A stretch of DNA of 64,000 bases, taken from NCBI GenBank assembly GCA_951406725.2, contig OX597828.1, forward strand, positions 11,346,001 to 11,410,000. Reading direction: 5' to 3'. The stretch comes from Octopus vulgaris. Lineage: Eukaryota. Both the position numbers and the translations under genes were made by a program. This document shows positions 25,880 to 37,459 of this stretch, piece by piece. The notes under the pieces were generated by a model, which did not search any database, was not told the origin of the DNA, and saw only the letters and a program-made list of their open reading frames with translations. Each line of letters opens with the position of its first letter. Position 1 is the stretch's first letter.

Positions 25880-26719
25880 ATCTGCGTGTGCATGGGTGTG
25901 TCTGGGGAGGGGTGAGCAGTCTTCATGCCAAAGCAGAACAAAGTCAATGAAGTCTAACAACATGACAGGGACGGTGGGCGTGGGTGGGGGAGGCGATGCT
26001 AGAGGAATGCAACTTTGATCATCACACTTCTCTCTATTGACTGATTAATGATAAGTGGAAGAGATCAGGGCAAATATTTGCCCTTGGTGACAAATTACGA
26101 TGCTAAGCCCACCACAATAACCACCACATAGGGGTTCACTCCTCCCACCAACCCAACTTCCACCCAAACAACACACACAATCTTTATTTATTTCTTATTT
26201 TTCATCTAAATGTTTGCTTTGACAACATCACTCAAATATTTTTTCTTCCCCTGTTTCAGTTCTTACCAACACTTAAGACATCACCCACCAACCCATCCGC
26301 AGACTCACTCAACCACCAGAACCACAGTCAAGCTGTTTAATTAAGATAGGCTATCAGATCTTCACCTTTGCTCTTCACCACACATAATCCCATTAACAGT
26401 ACCCCCCACCCTATGCTATTTACCTCCTGCTTCCTGCTCCTGGAACAAACCACTTCCCCCTAGACTCCTGAACTTTCTCCAATTACTGTACTTGGTACGA
26501 TAACTCGTTATGAATAATAAATACAAGGATGTGAGTTAAAGTGAATACAATAATTACTTATAAATACACAACATAACTAACTAGTTAGAAGCAGAGTGTA
26601 TAAATAACATATAGTTCCAAAGCGCTAATTACCGAAGCAAATATATATGCATCAATGGATTAACATACAAATTAGTTAAAATTCGTAAGGCACTAACAAA
26701 TCAACTATTTAATACTTAA

Positions 26720-27724
26720 CCCTTTGGTATTTAAACCAGCTGTATCCAGACCAAATATTCTATCTGTTTTATGTTTAAAGTGTCAAAATTTGGCCCCTTA
26801 CACCGACCCTACAATGTCATACTAAAAATATACAATTATATCATTGCAATACCAAAGTTACAAGATAATGCATGATTAATTCAAAACAAGTCTTTACTTG
26901 TTTCAGTCATTTGACTGTGGCCATGCTGTAGCACTGCCTTAGAGGGTTTTTTAGTCAAAGAAATTACCCCCAGGACTTATTCTTTCTAAGCCTAGTACTT
27001 ATTCTATCGGTCTCTTTTGCTGAACCACTAAGTTACAGGGATGTAAACACACTAACATAGGTTATCAAGCAATGGTGGAGGACAAACACAGACTACTTTC
27101 AGGTTCTTATTTCTTTACTGCCCACAAAGGTCTACATAAAGAGGGGACAAACAAAGACAGACAAACGGATTAAGTCGTTTACATCGACCCCAGTGTGTAA
27201 CTGGTACTTATTTAATCGACCCCGGAAGGATGAAAGGTAAAGTCGACCTTGGTTGAATTTGAACTCAGAATGTAGCGGCAGACAAAATACCTATTTCTTT
27301 ACTACTCACAAGAGGCTAAAAACAGAGAGGACAAACAAGGACAGACACATGGATTAAGTCAATTATATCGACCCAGTGCGTTACCGGTACATATTTAATT
27401 GACCCCGAAAGGATGAAAGGCAAGTCGACCTTGGTGGAATTTGAACTCAGAATGTAGCGGCAGACGAAATACTGCTAAGCATTTCGCCTGGTGTGCTAAC
27501 GTTTCTGCCAGCTCGCCGCCTTTCAGTTTCTGCTTACCAAATCCACTCACAAGGTTTTGATCAGCCCAAGGCTGAATGAGATGGGACTTGACCCGAGTGC
27601 AATGAGATGGGACTTGACCCGAGACCATGTGGTTGGGAAGCAGGGATCTTACCACAAAGCCATGCCTGTGCCAATGCAAATTGATCAGTATTAAATTTGA
27701 CTGAGTAATCTCAATGCTAAAGTG
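26720..27724. mobile_element. piggyBac-type MITE family 2 with nested SINE-A, itself split by two SINE-B pieces
   Basis: TTAA|CCCTTTGGTATT ... AATGCTAAAGTG|TTAA; both halves match 22408-22890. Confidence 0.7.
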
Positions 27725-27746
27725 TTAAATTGATTTTAGTTTATAC

Positions 27747-27987
27747 CAAGGGTTCTCAACACTTACCTTGTTTACAAACAGACCCCTTTAAATTTATATT
27801 TTATGTGACAGGACCTCTATAACTTTTTGACATTTAAAAAATTCCTATTAAATTTCTATAATTAAATATTATTAGGAATTGTATGAAAATAATTATTAAA
27901 ATATTTTGTTTATTTTAGAAGTATAAGCAATTTATTGCAGATAAATCTCAGCAACAAATTCAGAAGGACCCTAGTTTAGAACCACTA
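27747..27987. mobile_element. hAT-type MITE
   Basis: Perfect 8-bp TSD GTTTATAC at 27739-27746 and 27988-27995; imperfect TIR CAAGGGTTCTCAAC / GTTTAGAACCACTA. Confidence 0.8.
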
Positions 27988-28104
27988 GTTTATACTGTAG
28001 CTTATACAAGTTATAGCAGGGAGTTTATATAGCTAAACTGTCCTTATGAAAAAGCTACTTATAGTGAGACTCTGCTACATATAATCAAATATAAACCTAT
28101 TTGT

Positions 28105-28250
28105 TGCTAGGTTATATTTGTTAATTAGTTATAGTTAGACTACTATATATTTACTAGTTATAGTTTGACTACAATATGTGTTAACTAGTTATAGTTAACT
28201 AGTTATAATGTTAACAAGTTATAGTTAGACTACTCTATGTTTATAGTACT
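28105..28250. repeat. Short degenerate tandem repeat
   Basis: Repeated TAGTTATAGTTAGACTAC-like units. Confidence 0.6.
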
Positions 28251-28330
28251 AATTGGATGTAAACTCATAAACTATTTCGTTTTTGTATTTGGTTTGCAAG
28301 ATTCTTTATGTGAATTCATGTGTTGAAGAA

Positions 28331-28602
28331 TATTTTATTGTTTCTGGGGAGAGTCATTCTCTTTTAGTGCTTATTACTTAACACACTCACTGGTTCAATA
28401 TCCACTCATTTACTTTTTTTTTTTCTTAATATTATCAGAGCTGCTCTGATAATGGGCAGAGTCAATAATTATTGAAGGGGTTGCAAGACACAACAAAAAT
28501 TTTCGAAAAATTAAACAAGTAAATGAGTGGAAATCAAACCAGTGAGTGTGTTAAGTAATAAGGCACTAAAAGAGAACGACTCTCCCCAGAAACAACAACA
28601 TA
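28331..28602. repeat. Fold-back element, arms of about 85 bp
   Basis: TTGTTTCTGGGGAGAGTC.TTCTCTTTTAGTGC...CCACTCATTTACTT versus AAGTAAATGAGTGG...GCACTAAAAGAGAA.GACTCTCCCCAGAAACAA. Confidence 0.85.
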
Positions 28603-28609
28603 TAAACTA

Positions 28610-29085
28610 AATATTGTTAAATACAAATATTAATGTATATGCTTAGTGTATTTTCTGGTGGCCGCAATGGCATGGTGGAGTATATAACTCTCAAGTCACC
28701 AGTGTTAAAAACGCAAAGCATATACATTAATATATGTGTTTAATAATATTCATTATACAAAAGCTGCCTTCATTTCATATGTAAATTTTCTCTTAGGTTT
28801 GCAATTTTCAGGCATACCAGTTCATGATTTTACAAGCCATGAGCATATGCCATTGGACAAGCTAGAAGACTTGCCTTCAACCTAGGTGGGTGCATGATGT
28901 TGACAAGCCACAAAAATGGTGAAATATCGATATCCATCACTCCCAAATGGGATTGAGGGTAAGTATCTTGTCTGTCCACGACTCTAAGGTGTTTTTAACA
29001 TCGGCAACTTGATAGTTATATACTCCACCACGCCACAGCATCCATCAGAAAATACACAAAGCATAAACATTGGTATATGTATTTG
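28610..29085. repeat. Repeat with inverted arms; related copy at about 53720-53905
   Basis: 28620-28715 is the reverse complement of 28990-29085; 28880-29070 is a diverged reverse complement of 53720-53905. Confidence 0.65.
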
Positions 29086-29182
29086 ATGATAATACAGTTC
29101 TATATTTAAGAGATGAGGAATTATGTACATTATTTACATTATTTACATTCGACAGATATTTGTCCTCATCTTGCTTGTTGTT

Positions 29183-29230
29183 AACATATAATGTTTCGGT
29201 TGATATATCCTCCAGCCTTCTTCAGGTGTC
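29183..29230 (-). ncRNA. Minimal hammerhead-ribozyme-like motif (second arm)
   Basis: GACAC-CTGAAGA-A-GGCTG...CAACC-GAAAC-ATT-ATATGTT on the minus strand; partly mutated. Confidence 0.5.
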
Positions 29231-29453
29231 TTGGGGAAATTTCGAACCTGGGTTCTCAATCCTAAGGTACTTTTCGATGTTATTATTATTATTACTGTTC
29301 AGGTCACTGCTTGGAATCGAACTCAGAATCTTGGGGTTAGCAGCCCGTGCTCTTAACCACTACGCCATAAGCCCCCGGGGCATATGGCATAGTGATAATA
29401 ATAACATTGAAAAATACCTTAGGAATGAGAACCCAGGTTCAAAATTTCCCCAA

Positions 29454-29499
29454 GACAGCTGATGAAGGCTAGAGGGTATATCAGCTGAAACGTTGAGTT
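29454..29499 (+). ncRNA. Minimal type I hammerhead-ribozyme-like motif
   Basis: GACAG-CTGATGA-A-GGCTA...CAGCT-GAAAC-GTT-GAGTT; stems are imperfect in this copy. Confidence 0.55.
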
Positions 29500-29877
29500 A
29501 ACAATAAACAAAATGAGGACAAATGTAAATAATGTAAATAACGTGTATTTAATGGTTTTTGTTAAATTGGAGATGCTTTTACTTCATATGTAAATCATAT
29601 AAACTACTAATAGACAGCTCACTGAGTATGTAGTAGCAAAATTTAGATTGCGCAATGTTGTATAAATGACTATAAACCAGTTAGAATTACTCGACTCAGT
29701 GTGTGTAAATGGTAAACGATAGCTGTAGTTAGACAGCACAATGTGCATAGTCTGGTATAAAATAGTAATAAATACACAATATATTATCCAATGATAAATT
29801 TTAGAAATAGACTAAGCAACTATAGGCACAAGTAACAGTCTATATAATGGTGAATAAGCTATAACAGTGATACTAAG

Positions 29878-30223
29878 CAGGCAAGGCTGTGTGATGTGAT
29901 AAGAAACTTGTTTCTCAACCACAAGGTTGTGAGTTTAATGTCACTGTCTGGCACATTGGGCAGGTGTCTTCTACTATGACCTCAGGCTAACCAAAGCCTT
30001 ACTCTTTTACTTGTTCTAGTCATTTGACCATGGCCATGCTGGAGCACCACCTTTGGTCAAGCAAATCGACCCCAGGACTTATTCTTTGTAGGCCTAGTAC
30101 TTATTCTATCGGTTTCTTTCGCTGAACCACTAAGTTACGGGGTCATAAACACACCAGCATTGGTTGTCAAGCGATGTTGGGGGAAAAAACATAGACACAC
30201 AAACATATACAGACACATACATA

Positions 30224-30257
<34 letters not shown>

Positions 30258-30460
30258 CGAAGGACTTCTTTCAGTTTCCATCAATCAAATCCACTCACAA
30301 GGCTTTGGTTGGCACGAGGCTATAATAGAAGACACTTGCCCAAGGTGTCATGCAGTGGGACTGAACCTGGAACCATGTGGTTGGTAAGCAAATTACTTAC
30401 CACACAGCCACTCCTATGCCTTGTGAATAAATTTGGCAGATGGAAACTGAAAGAAGCTTG
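29878..30460. mobile_element. SINE-A (minus, about 30001-30420) nested in an older SINE-A (plus)
   Basis: The plus copy breaks at CCAAAGCCTT and resumes at TTGTGAATAAATTTGGCAG. Confidence 0.75.
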
Positions 30461-30980
30461 ATGATGGGTTAGCTGGTCAAAACTTTGAAGTCACTATCAA
30501 TGCCATTCTTGTGTGAGAATAATAATTTGTACTCTACAAAAGTATAGAGTAACCCATCAGATTAATGTAAAATTATTTTTATTATATAGGCATAGGAGTG
30601 GCTGTGTGGCATGGAGAGGGGAGACCAGTATGCATGGGTGACTGCTGGTCTTCCATAAACAACTTATCCAGGACTTGTACCTGGGAGGGTAACTTTCTAA
30701 GTGCAATCCCATGGTCTGTGTCGTGACCGAAGGGGGTCTCAGATAGTTGAATATCATAATGAAGTCAATTAGATAAAAATGGATCGAGAGGATCTTATGC
30801 CTTTAAAACTCATAATTCGTCTTAAAAACAGTAAAAAAAAAATGGAACTGAAAGATCTGCATTGTACTGAATATTTAGAATACCCTAAATATCATCTAGT
30901 TGAGGGTACATACATTGATAGTAGTTAAGTGTGTGGGTGTGTTGTATCTCTGAATACCTAAAGGTGGGTGAAGATTACTA

Positions 30981-31395
30981 GGCGCAGGAGTGGCTGTGTG
31001 GTAAGTAGCTTGCTTACCAACCACATGGTTCCGGGTTCTGTCCCACTGTGTGACACCTTGGGCAAGTGTCTTCTACTATAGCCTCGGGCCGACCAAAGCC
31101 TTGTGAGTGGATTTGGTGGACGGAAACTGAAAGAAGCCCGTCGTATATATGTATATGTATATATATATAGCAATAATAATTCTCTAGTGTGTGTGTTTGT
31201 CCCCCCAACATCGCTTGACAACCAATGCTGGTGTGTTTACGTCCCTGTAATGTAGCGGTTTGGCAAAATAGACCAATAGAATAAGTACTGGGCTTAGAAA
31301 GAATAAGTTCTGGGATTGATTTGCTCGACTAAAGGCGGTGCTCCAGCATGGCTGCAGTTAAATGACTGAAACAAGTAAAAAGAGTGAAGAGTAAA
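30981..31395 (+). mobile_element. SINE-A
   Basis: Full head-to-tail match to the other copies. Confidence 0.85.
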
Positions 31396-32046
31396 ACTGA
31401 ACATAAAAAGAAACATTTATGGGTGTGTTGTGTGTGTGTGTGTCTTTGTGTCTGTTTTTGTCTCCCACCACCGCTTGACCACTGGGGGGGGGGGGGTCGA
31501 TGTGTTTACATCACCGTAACCTAACAGTTGGGCAACAGCAACCAACAGAGTAAGAACCATACTGGGAAAAGACAGAAACAAAAACGGACGGGGGTTGATT
31601 CATTCAACTAAAAATTGCTCAAGGCGTTGCCCCAGCATGGTCACAGCCTAATGACTGAAACAAGTGAAACATGAAATACAAAAGATAAAGCAAGTGTTTA
31701 AAGTAATCTCTTTTGTTTGCTCAAATAAAGAAATAATGTGTTAACTACTAATATATTTCCTGTTCACTGCCTTTAATCTTCTAGTTGTTATTAATGCCAT
31801 TTGATTATATTGGTTATTAAACATAACCTTGTTATATTGGTTATTAAACACAGCCTTGTTTATTATACTCGTTGTTGAACGCAGCCTTGTTATATGTTCC
31901 ACCAAGCATAAGTTTTGCTAATATATTCCATCAAACATCACAGCTTTCTTAATATATTCCATCAAGTTTTATCCATAAAGTCATTCCTCCAGTTTTACCA
32001 ATATATTCCATCAGATATCACTGTTTTGTTAATATCTTCTACCAAG

Positions 32047-32365
32047 CATCATCATCATTCAATGTCCGCTTTCCATGCTAGCAGGGTTGGACGATTTGAC
32101 TGAGGTCTAGCGAACCAGACTCCAATCTTGATCTGGCAGAGTTTTTACAGCTGGATGCCCTTCCTAACACCAACAACTCAGAGAGTGCAGTGGATGCTTT
32201 TACGTGCCACCGGCACGAGGGCCAGTTTGGTGGTATTGGCAATGGCCACGCCCAAATGGTGCTTTTTATGTGCCACCTGCACAGGAGCCAGTCCAGTGGC
32301 ACTGGTGACGTCCTCGCTCAAATGTTTCACATGCCACCAGCACAAGTGTTAGTAAGGTGACGCGC
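32047..32365 (-). mobile_element. SINE-C
   Basis: Reverse complement of the (GAT)n-tailed family. Confidence 0.8.
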
Positions 32366-32674
32366 CATTATTAATATATTTATGAATATAAATCAAACAG
32401 TGGTCCTGGTAAAATATTCCCAAACATCACTGCATTCTTAATATTCTACTGAACATCATATTTCTTAATCTATTCCATCAAATATTATTACTTTAATATT
32501 TTCAACAAACATCACTACTTCGTCAACCATCACAGCTTTATTAATATCATCCATCAGTAATCATGGTAATATTCCATAATCATAATATATTCCCTCAAAC
32601 ATCACGCAGCATTGTTAATGTATGTTATCAGCCACCGGTATGTAAATATATTCCATTCAAATCCACAACCTTTA

Positions 32675-32880
32675 GGAGTAGGAGTGGCTGTGTGGTAAGT
32701 AGCTTGCTTACGAACCACATGGTTCCGAGTTCAATCCCACTGCCTGGCACTTTGGGCGAGTGTCTTCTACTATTGCCTCGGGCCGAGTGGATTTGGTAGA
32801 TGGAAACTGAAAGAAGCCCATCGTATATATGTATCATCATCTGTCAAATTGCTGCGTTTGTGTATTGAAGCCACAAAACA

Positions 32881-32938
<58 letters not shown>

Positions 32939-33015
32939 ATATGTATGTGTGTGTATATGTATGTGTGTGTATATGTTTGTGTGTCTGTGTTTGTCCCCCC
33001 AACATTGCTTGACAT
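32675..33015 (+). mobile_element. SINE-A, 3'-truncated
   Basis: Head and CORE-like domain plus internal microsatellite. Confidence 0.75.
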
Positions 33016-33119
33016 CACCTCTTTGTTTATATACTCCATCAAAAATCATAAATTTATTAATGCATACCATCAATCATCAATACTTGTTTAATATATTCCA
33101 CCAAACATTCATTACATTT

Positions 33120-33385
33120 CGTTACACATCCTGTAGTCTGGCTGAATGATGGGGCCACACTGATGATCTTGCAACCAGGTCCCTCCACCCGTATCTGTCT
33201 CTCACACTGCGTCTCTCATCTTTAGGCCTGTCCTCTCAAAGATGTTTTCCCACCTCTTTCTCTGTCTGCCACCTTTGTCTGCTCCTTGAAAGATTATTTT
33301 CACCATCCCTGATGAGTGGGTGACATGCCCAAACCGCCTGAGCTTGCGTTTCTTTACTGTGGTAAGAAGTTCTTCATAGGGGAAC
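33120..33385 (-). mobile_element. RTE-clade LINE 3' fragment
   Basis: YEELLTTVKKRKLRRFGHVTHSSGMVKIIFQG...GGRQRKRWENI is a typical RTE C-terminal segment. Confidence 0.8.
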
Positions 33386-33548
33386 ATTCATTGGTTTATT
33401 GTTATACTTCAGCTAACATCAGACTTATTGATAAGTGACAATGGCCATATATCGACCTCTATATCATATGTGCACAAACACACGCACGCACACACACACA
33501 CACACACGCACACCTATTCAATTCATGATATAATTTTCTTACACTTAC

Positions 33549-33749
33549 CCTTGGTAATGATTGCAGTAGAGGTTGAGGTAAAACAGTCCTGTTCGAATGT
33601 GTTGTACTCAGAGGTAACAGAGGGAATCTGTGTTGACATGTGACCAAAGGCAGGATGTTGTGTTGCTCTTGGTGACCACCCGATGTATACTGGCGACTGG
33701 AGAGCATTAGATCTTGTTTTGAAGCTGTTGTCAGAGCACCATACAAGAC
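33549..33749 (-). CDS. COG1: COG1 internal exon
   Basis: tttcag|GTC ... AGG|gtaag; 201 nt, phase 0-0. VLYGALTT...EQHNILPLVTCQHRFPLLPLS corresponds to COG1 VLFG...HNILPLA...RFxLLPLS and joins in frame to the previous exon. Confidence 0.92.
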
Positions 33750-34142
33750 CTGAAATAAAACATAAATATATACATATATATGTATGCATGTGGGCATGTG
33801 TAGGTATAGATTGTTTGAAGTGGTGCACAAATTTCATATATTAAGAAAAAAAAGGTAGTCAGGATTTGGATAAAAACCATTTATTTGGCACTTTTGTCCC
33901 TTCCAGGGATTCCTCACGAATGATTTATTTCATAGAAAATTCATATCTTTTATATATATATTGGTTGAAAAAATATCTGGAGTTGAAATTGTTTTCTCGG
34001 GTTTTAGAAAGAGGGTGTCTTGGGAGTAGTTGTTTGAAATGATCTTTGACAAAGATAAATATATACACCAGTGAAAAGTATTGAGTGGTTCTTCAATTTA
34101 ATGGTCAATTGACCTTATATATAACTTTATTTAAAACTAACA

Positions 34143-34187
<45 letters not shown>

Positions 34188-34591
34188 TCAGATACGCAGA
34201 TAAATATCAGGTGTGGCTGGGTGTAGGTATGCTTGAGCGTTAAGTTTGCTTCCCAATTATATGGTTCATGGTTCAGTCCTACTGAATGGCATCTTGGCCA
34301 TGTGTCATCCACTAATCCCCAGGTCAATCAAAAGCCTTTTCAATGGATTTGATAGATGAAAAGTGGAAGCACTCCATTGCATATATGTGTGTGTGTGTGT
34401 GTGTGTATACAACTATGTGTGTTGTTGTGTTTGTCTACCACTTGACCACCAGTCCTGTTTCCATCAAAGTAGCTAAGCAGTTGTGGTGTCCTGTACTTAC
34501 GTATATTTATTTATATATGCATGTATATATACATGTAGATGTAGGTACGTACATATATGTTTGTATGTATGCATATATTTTTATTTATTAC

Positions 34592-34632
<41 letters not shown>

Positions 34633-36283
34633 CTATACAAACAGTTTTCAGTACATGCAGTAGAGTTAATTCATTTGTTGAAAACCCCTGAGTTTCCCCT
34701 ATTTGTTTCCATATATCTTGATCGAAATCAAATGTGAATCTAAAACAGAAAAGATTGGAAAGTATGGCTTCAACTTCAGCTGAAAGAATTTTCTGCTGCA
34801 ATGTCAGAATCTAGGACATTGCTTAGCAACAAGGGAGGTTTTATTGATGAGTATTATTGATACTTGATAGTTAATACGTAGGTAATTATGTAATTAATCA
34901 CAACTCTTTCACTCGGTATACTAAACTGCATAATTAGCACCAGCAGCTTAAGGAATCCAATAGCATTAATCAACAGTATAGAGAGCTGTTGCAAGTTACT
35001 ATGCACTTACTGTGCAGTTATTGAAGTTGTCGCCAGGAATATCTGGTCAATGTAGTGGACTAGATAGGAGAAAAAGAAAGCAAAACAAAAAAAGGAGAAA
35101 AAAAGCCCTTGATGTACTGGGTCAAATCCTGCCCTACCCCCACCACTATAGTGATGAGAGTGGAGTTGGCATGGGGATGGGGGTTGATCAGTCATTTGTT
35201 CAAAAGAATTGACATGTGGCATATAGAAACTGAAATCAACTGTTAAGCTGAAATATAAATTAAAAAATGTATATATAATCCCATTTGTAGGTTTCACTTG
35301 ACACACAACAGGTTGCAGCAAAACAGAAATGCACAAAAATAATTAAATTATGGTGTAATAATCTGCAATACATCACTATATTTAAGCAGTTTTCTTGCTG
35401 TTGTTATTGTCACTGTTTTGGTTTTTTTTTCTTTTTTTCTTAAATAATTTTCCTTGATAGAAATATAGAATATCTATAGATATTAAATGTTGTCAGGATG
35501 ATCTTGTAAATAAACCAGCTGTAAATTATTTATGAGGAATCTGTTATGTGGTTGGCCTCGTGCATACAAGATTGCTGCACACTTTTTGCTTACCTTATAT
35601 TCCGCTTACATTTTTATTTTTTTGTTCTTCATTTTTTGAATTCTTTTTTTCTAACAATTTTTTTTTTTTCCAAATGAAAAATATGGATTTTGGTAACTAA
35701 ATTAACAATTATTGGATAATCCTTAAGTTTTATGCTGAAAAAAAAAAAAAAAAAAACTAAGCATATATAAAGTTTCTTTATATATGCTTTTTAAACTATA
35801 TTTTTAGGCAAAAATTTGAGAATTACCAAACAATTACTAATTCAGTTACAAAAGGCATATTTTTTTATAAGAAAAAAAAAGCATATATCTCAATCATTCT
35901 GGTGGATAAGAAGTTTCTGTCAGTTTCATAGAAGTTTGGCTACACACCAGATAATGCTTCAATAATTTATAGCTGTTTTGCACAAAATTCACCTCATCTC
36001 AATATTATTTCTCAGCTTTTGACAGCTTTTAGAAAACTCAAATTAAACAGAAGCCGATTACAACACAATAATATAAAATAAATAATAACCATATAACAGA
36101 CAATCAATAATATATACACATAGAAGCAAAGGCACTATATAAATAACGGACAACAAATTGAGAGGTCTTGAGTTCAAATAAATTGTATGTATCTCATTGC
36201 ATTTTTGTGGAAGACATTAATTCAGTTGATAGCTAAAAATAATACACCAGGTTGTTGAATGTGATATACAGGAGGCAGTTAGT

Positions 36284-36468
36284 CCATCAAGGTATTCCTG
36301 GTAGACTGAACAGAGGAAACCCCAAAACCTGTGGCCAGGATAACATGTAGCAATGTTGCTGTTAGAGGCATAAATCTCGTCAAGGTATTCCTGGCAGACA
36401 GAATAGAGGAAACCCAACAATTTGTGGTCATGTTGTAACAGATGGAAGGGCAACATGTAGCAATGTTG
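36284..36468. repeat. Two-copy tandem duplication, period about 95 bp
   Basis: TCAAGGTATTCCTGG.AGAC.GAA.AGAGGAAACCC...AACATGTAGCAATGTTG occurs twice. Confidence 0.75.
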
Positions 36469-36472
36469 TTTA

Positions 36473-37010
36473 TCATCATCATCATCGTTTAATGTCTGCT
36501 TCCCATGCTAGCATGGGTTGGACGATTTGACTGAGGATTGGCGAACCAGATGGCTGCGCCAGGCTTCAATCTGATCTGGCACAATTTCTACAGTTTGATG
36601 CCCTTCCTAATGCCAACCACTCCAAGAGTGTAGTGGGTGCTTTTACGTGCCACTGGCACGTAATATCTTCTACCAAGCATCGTCATCATTCAATGTCTGC
36701 TTTCCATACTAGCAGGGTTGGACGATTTGACTGAGGTCTGGCGAACCAGACTCCAATCTTGATCTGGCAGAGTTTCTCCAACTGGATGCCCTTCCTAACG
36801 CCAACCACTCAGAGAGTGCAGTGGGTGCTTTTACGTGCCACCGGCATGAGGGCCAGTTTGGTGGTATTGGCAACGGCCTCACTCAAATGGTGTTTTTTAT
36901 GTGTCATCTGCACAAGAGCCAGTCCAGTGGCACTTGTAACAACCTCACTCGAATGTTTTTTTTACGTGCCACCAGCACGGAAACCAGTCGGCTGCTCTGG
37001 CAATGGTTGT
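36473..37010 (-). mobile_element. Two SINE-C pieces in tandem
   Basis: Pieces at about 36473-36660 and 36678-37010. Confidence 0.8.
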
Positions 37011-37459
37011 TGTTGGATGCAAAACTCAAATCATGGTGAGATATGTATATTGCTCTGGTCATCCCACTGCTTCTTCAATACACCTCCTCCACTTAAGTTA
37101 TCTTAACCCACCTTGCCATGGGTCCAGAAAGACAGGGACAAAAAGCTCTCCCTCACTATAATCCAAGTCCAGGGTAAGTCAAGACTTGAACTCTTTCAAA
37201 TCACAAACAGATAGCAGACATTTTATTGAAGAAGTAGGAGCATCACCTACATTTGTGGCACCAAAACTTTAATTTTTGTGACAATTTCTTCATTTAGAGC
37301 ATACAGTTGTGATATAGGTAAGAGCAGTCACAAATATCCAGCCATCCACACATCTATCCCTTCCGTTATTGACAACCCTTTAAGAAGTACCACCAATGCC
37401 TAAAAGGGTAGTTTTAGTCATCATTGAATAGGGAAGACACTGAAGATTCCATAACTTTT

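Larger units (their letters stand above)
29095..29541. mobile_element. Head-to-head pair of a tRNA-headed element carrying a hammerhead-like motif
   Basis: Symmetry axis GCCCCCGGGGC at about 29376; pol III A box (29357-29367) and B box (29313-29324) on the minus strand; CTGA(A/T)GA...GAAAC cores in both arms. Confidence 0.75.
31800..33115. repeat. Degenerate minisatellite of about 27-32 bp, broken by SINE-C and SINE-A
   Basis: Recurring TAATATATTCCATCAAACATCAC at 31800-32040, 32370-32670 and 33030-33115. Confidence 0.65.

Noticed and set aside
29300-29372. tRNA gene
   Set aside because: A and B boxes are present but the acceptor stem does not close, and the sequence runs on into a repeat body; it is a SINE-type head.
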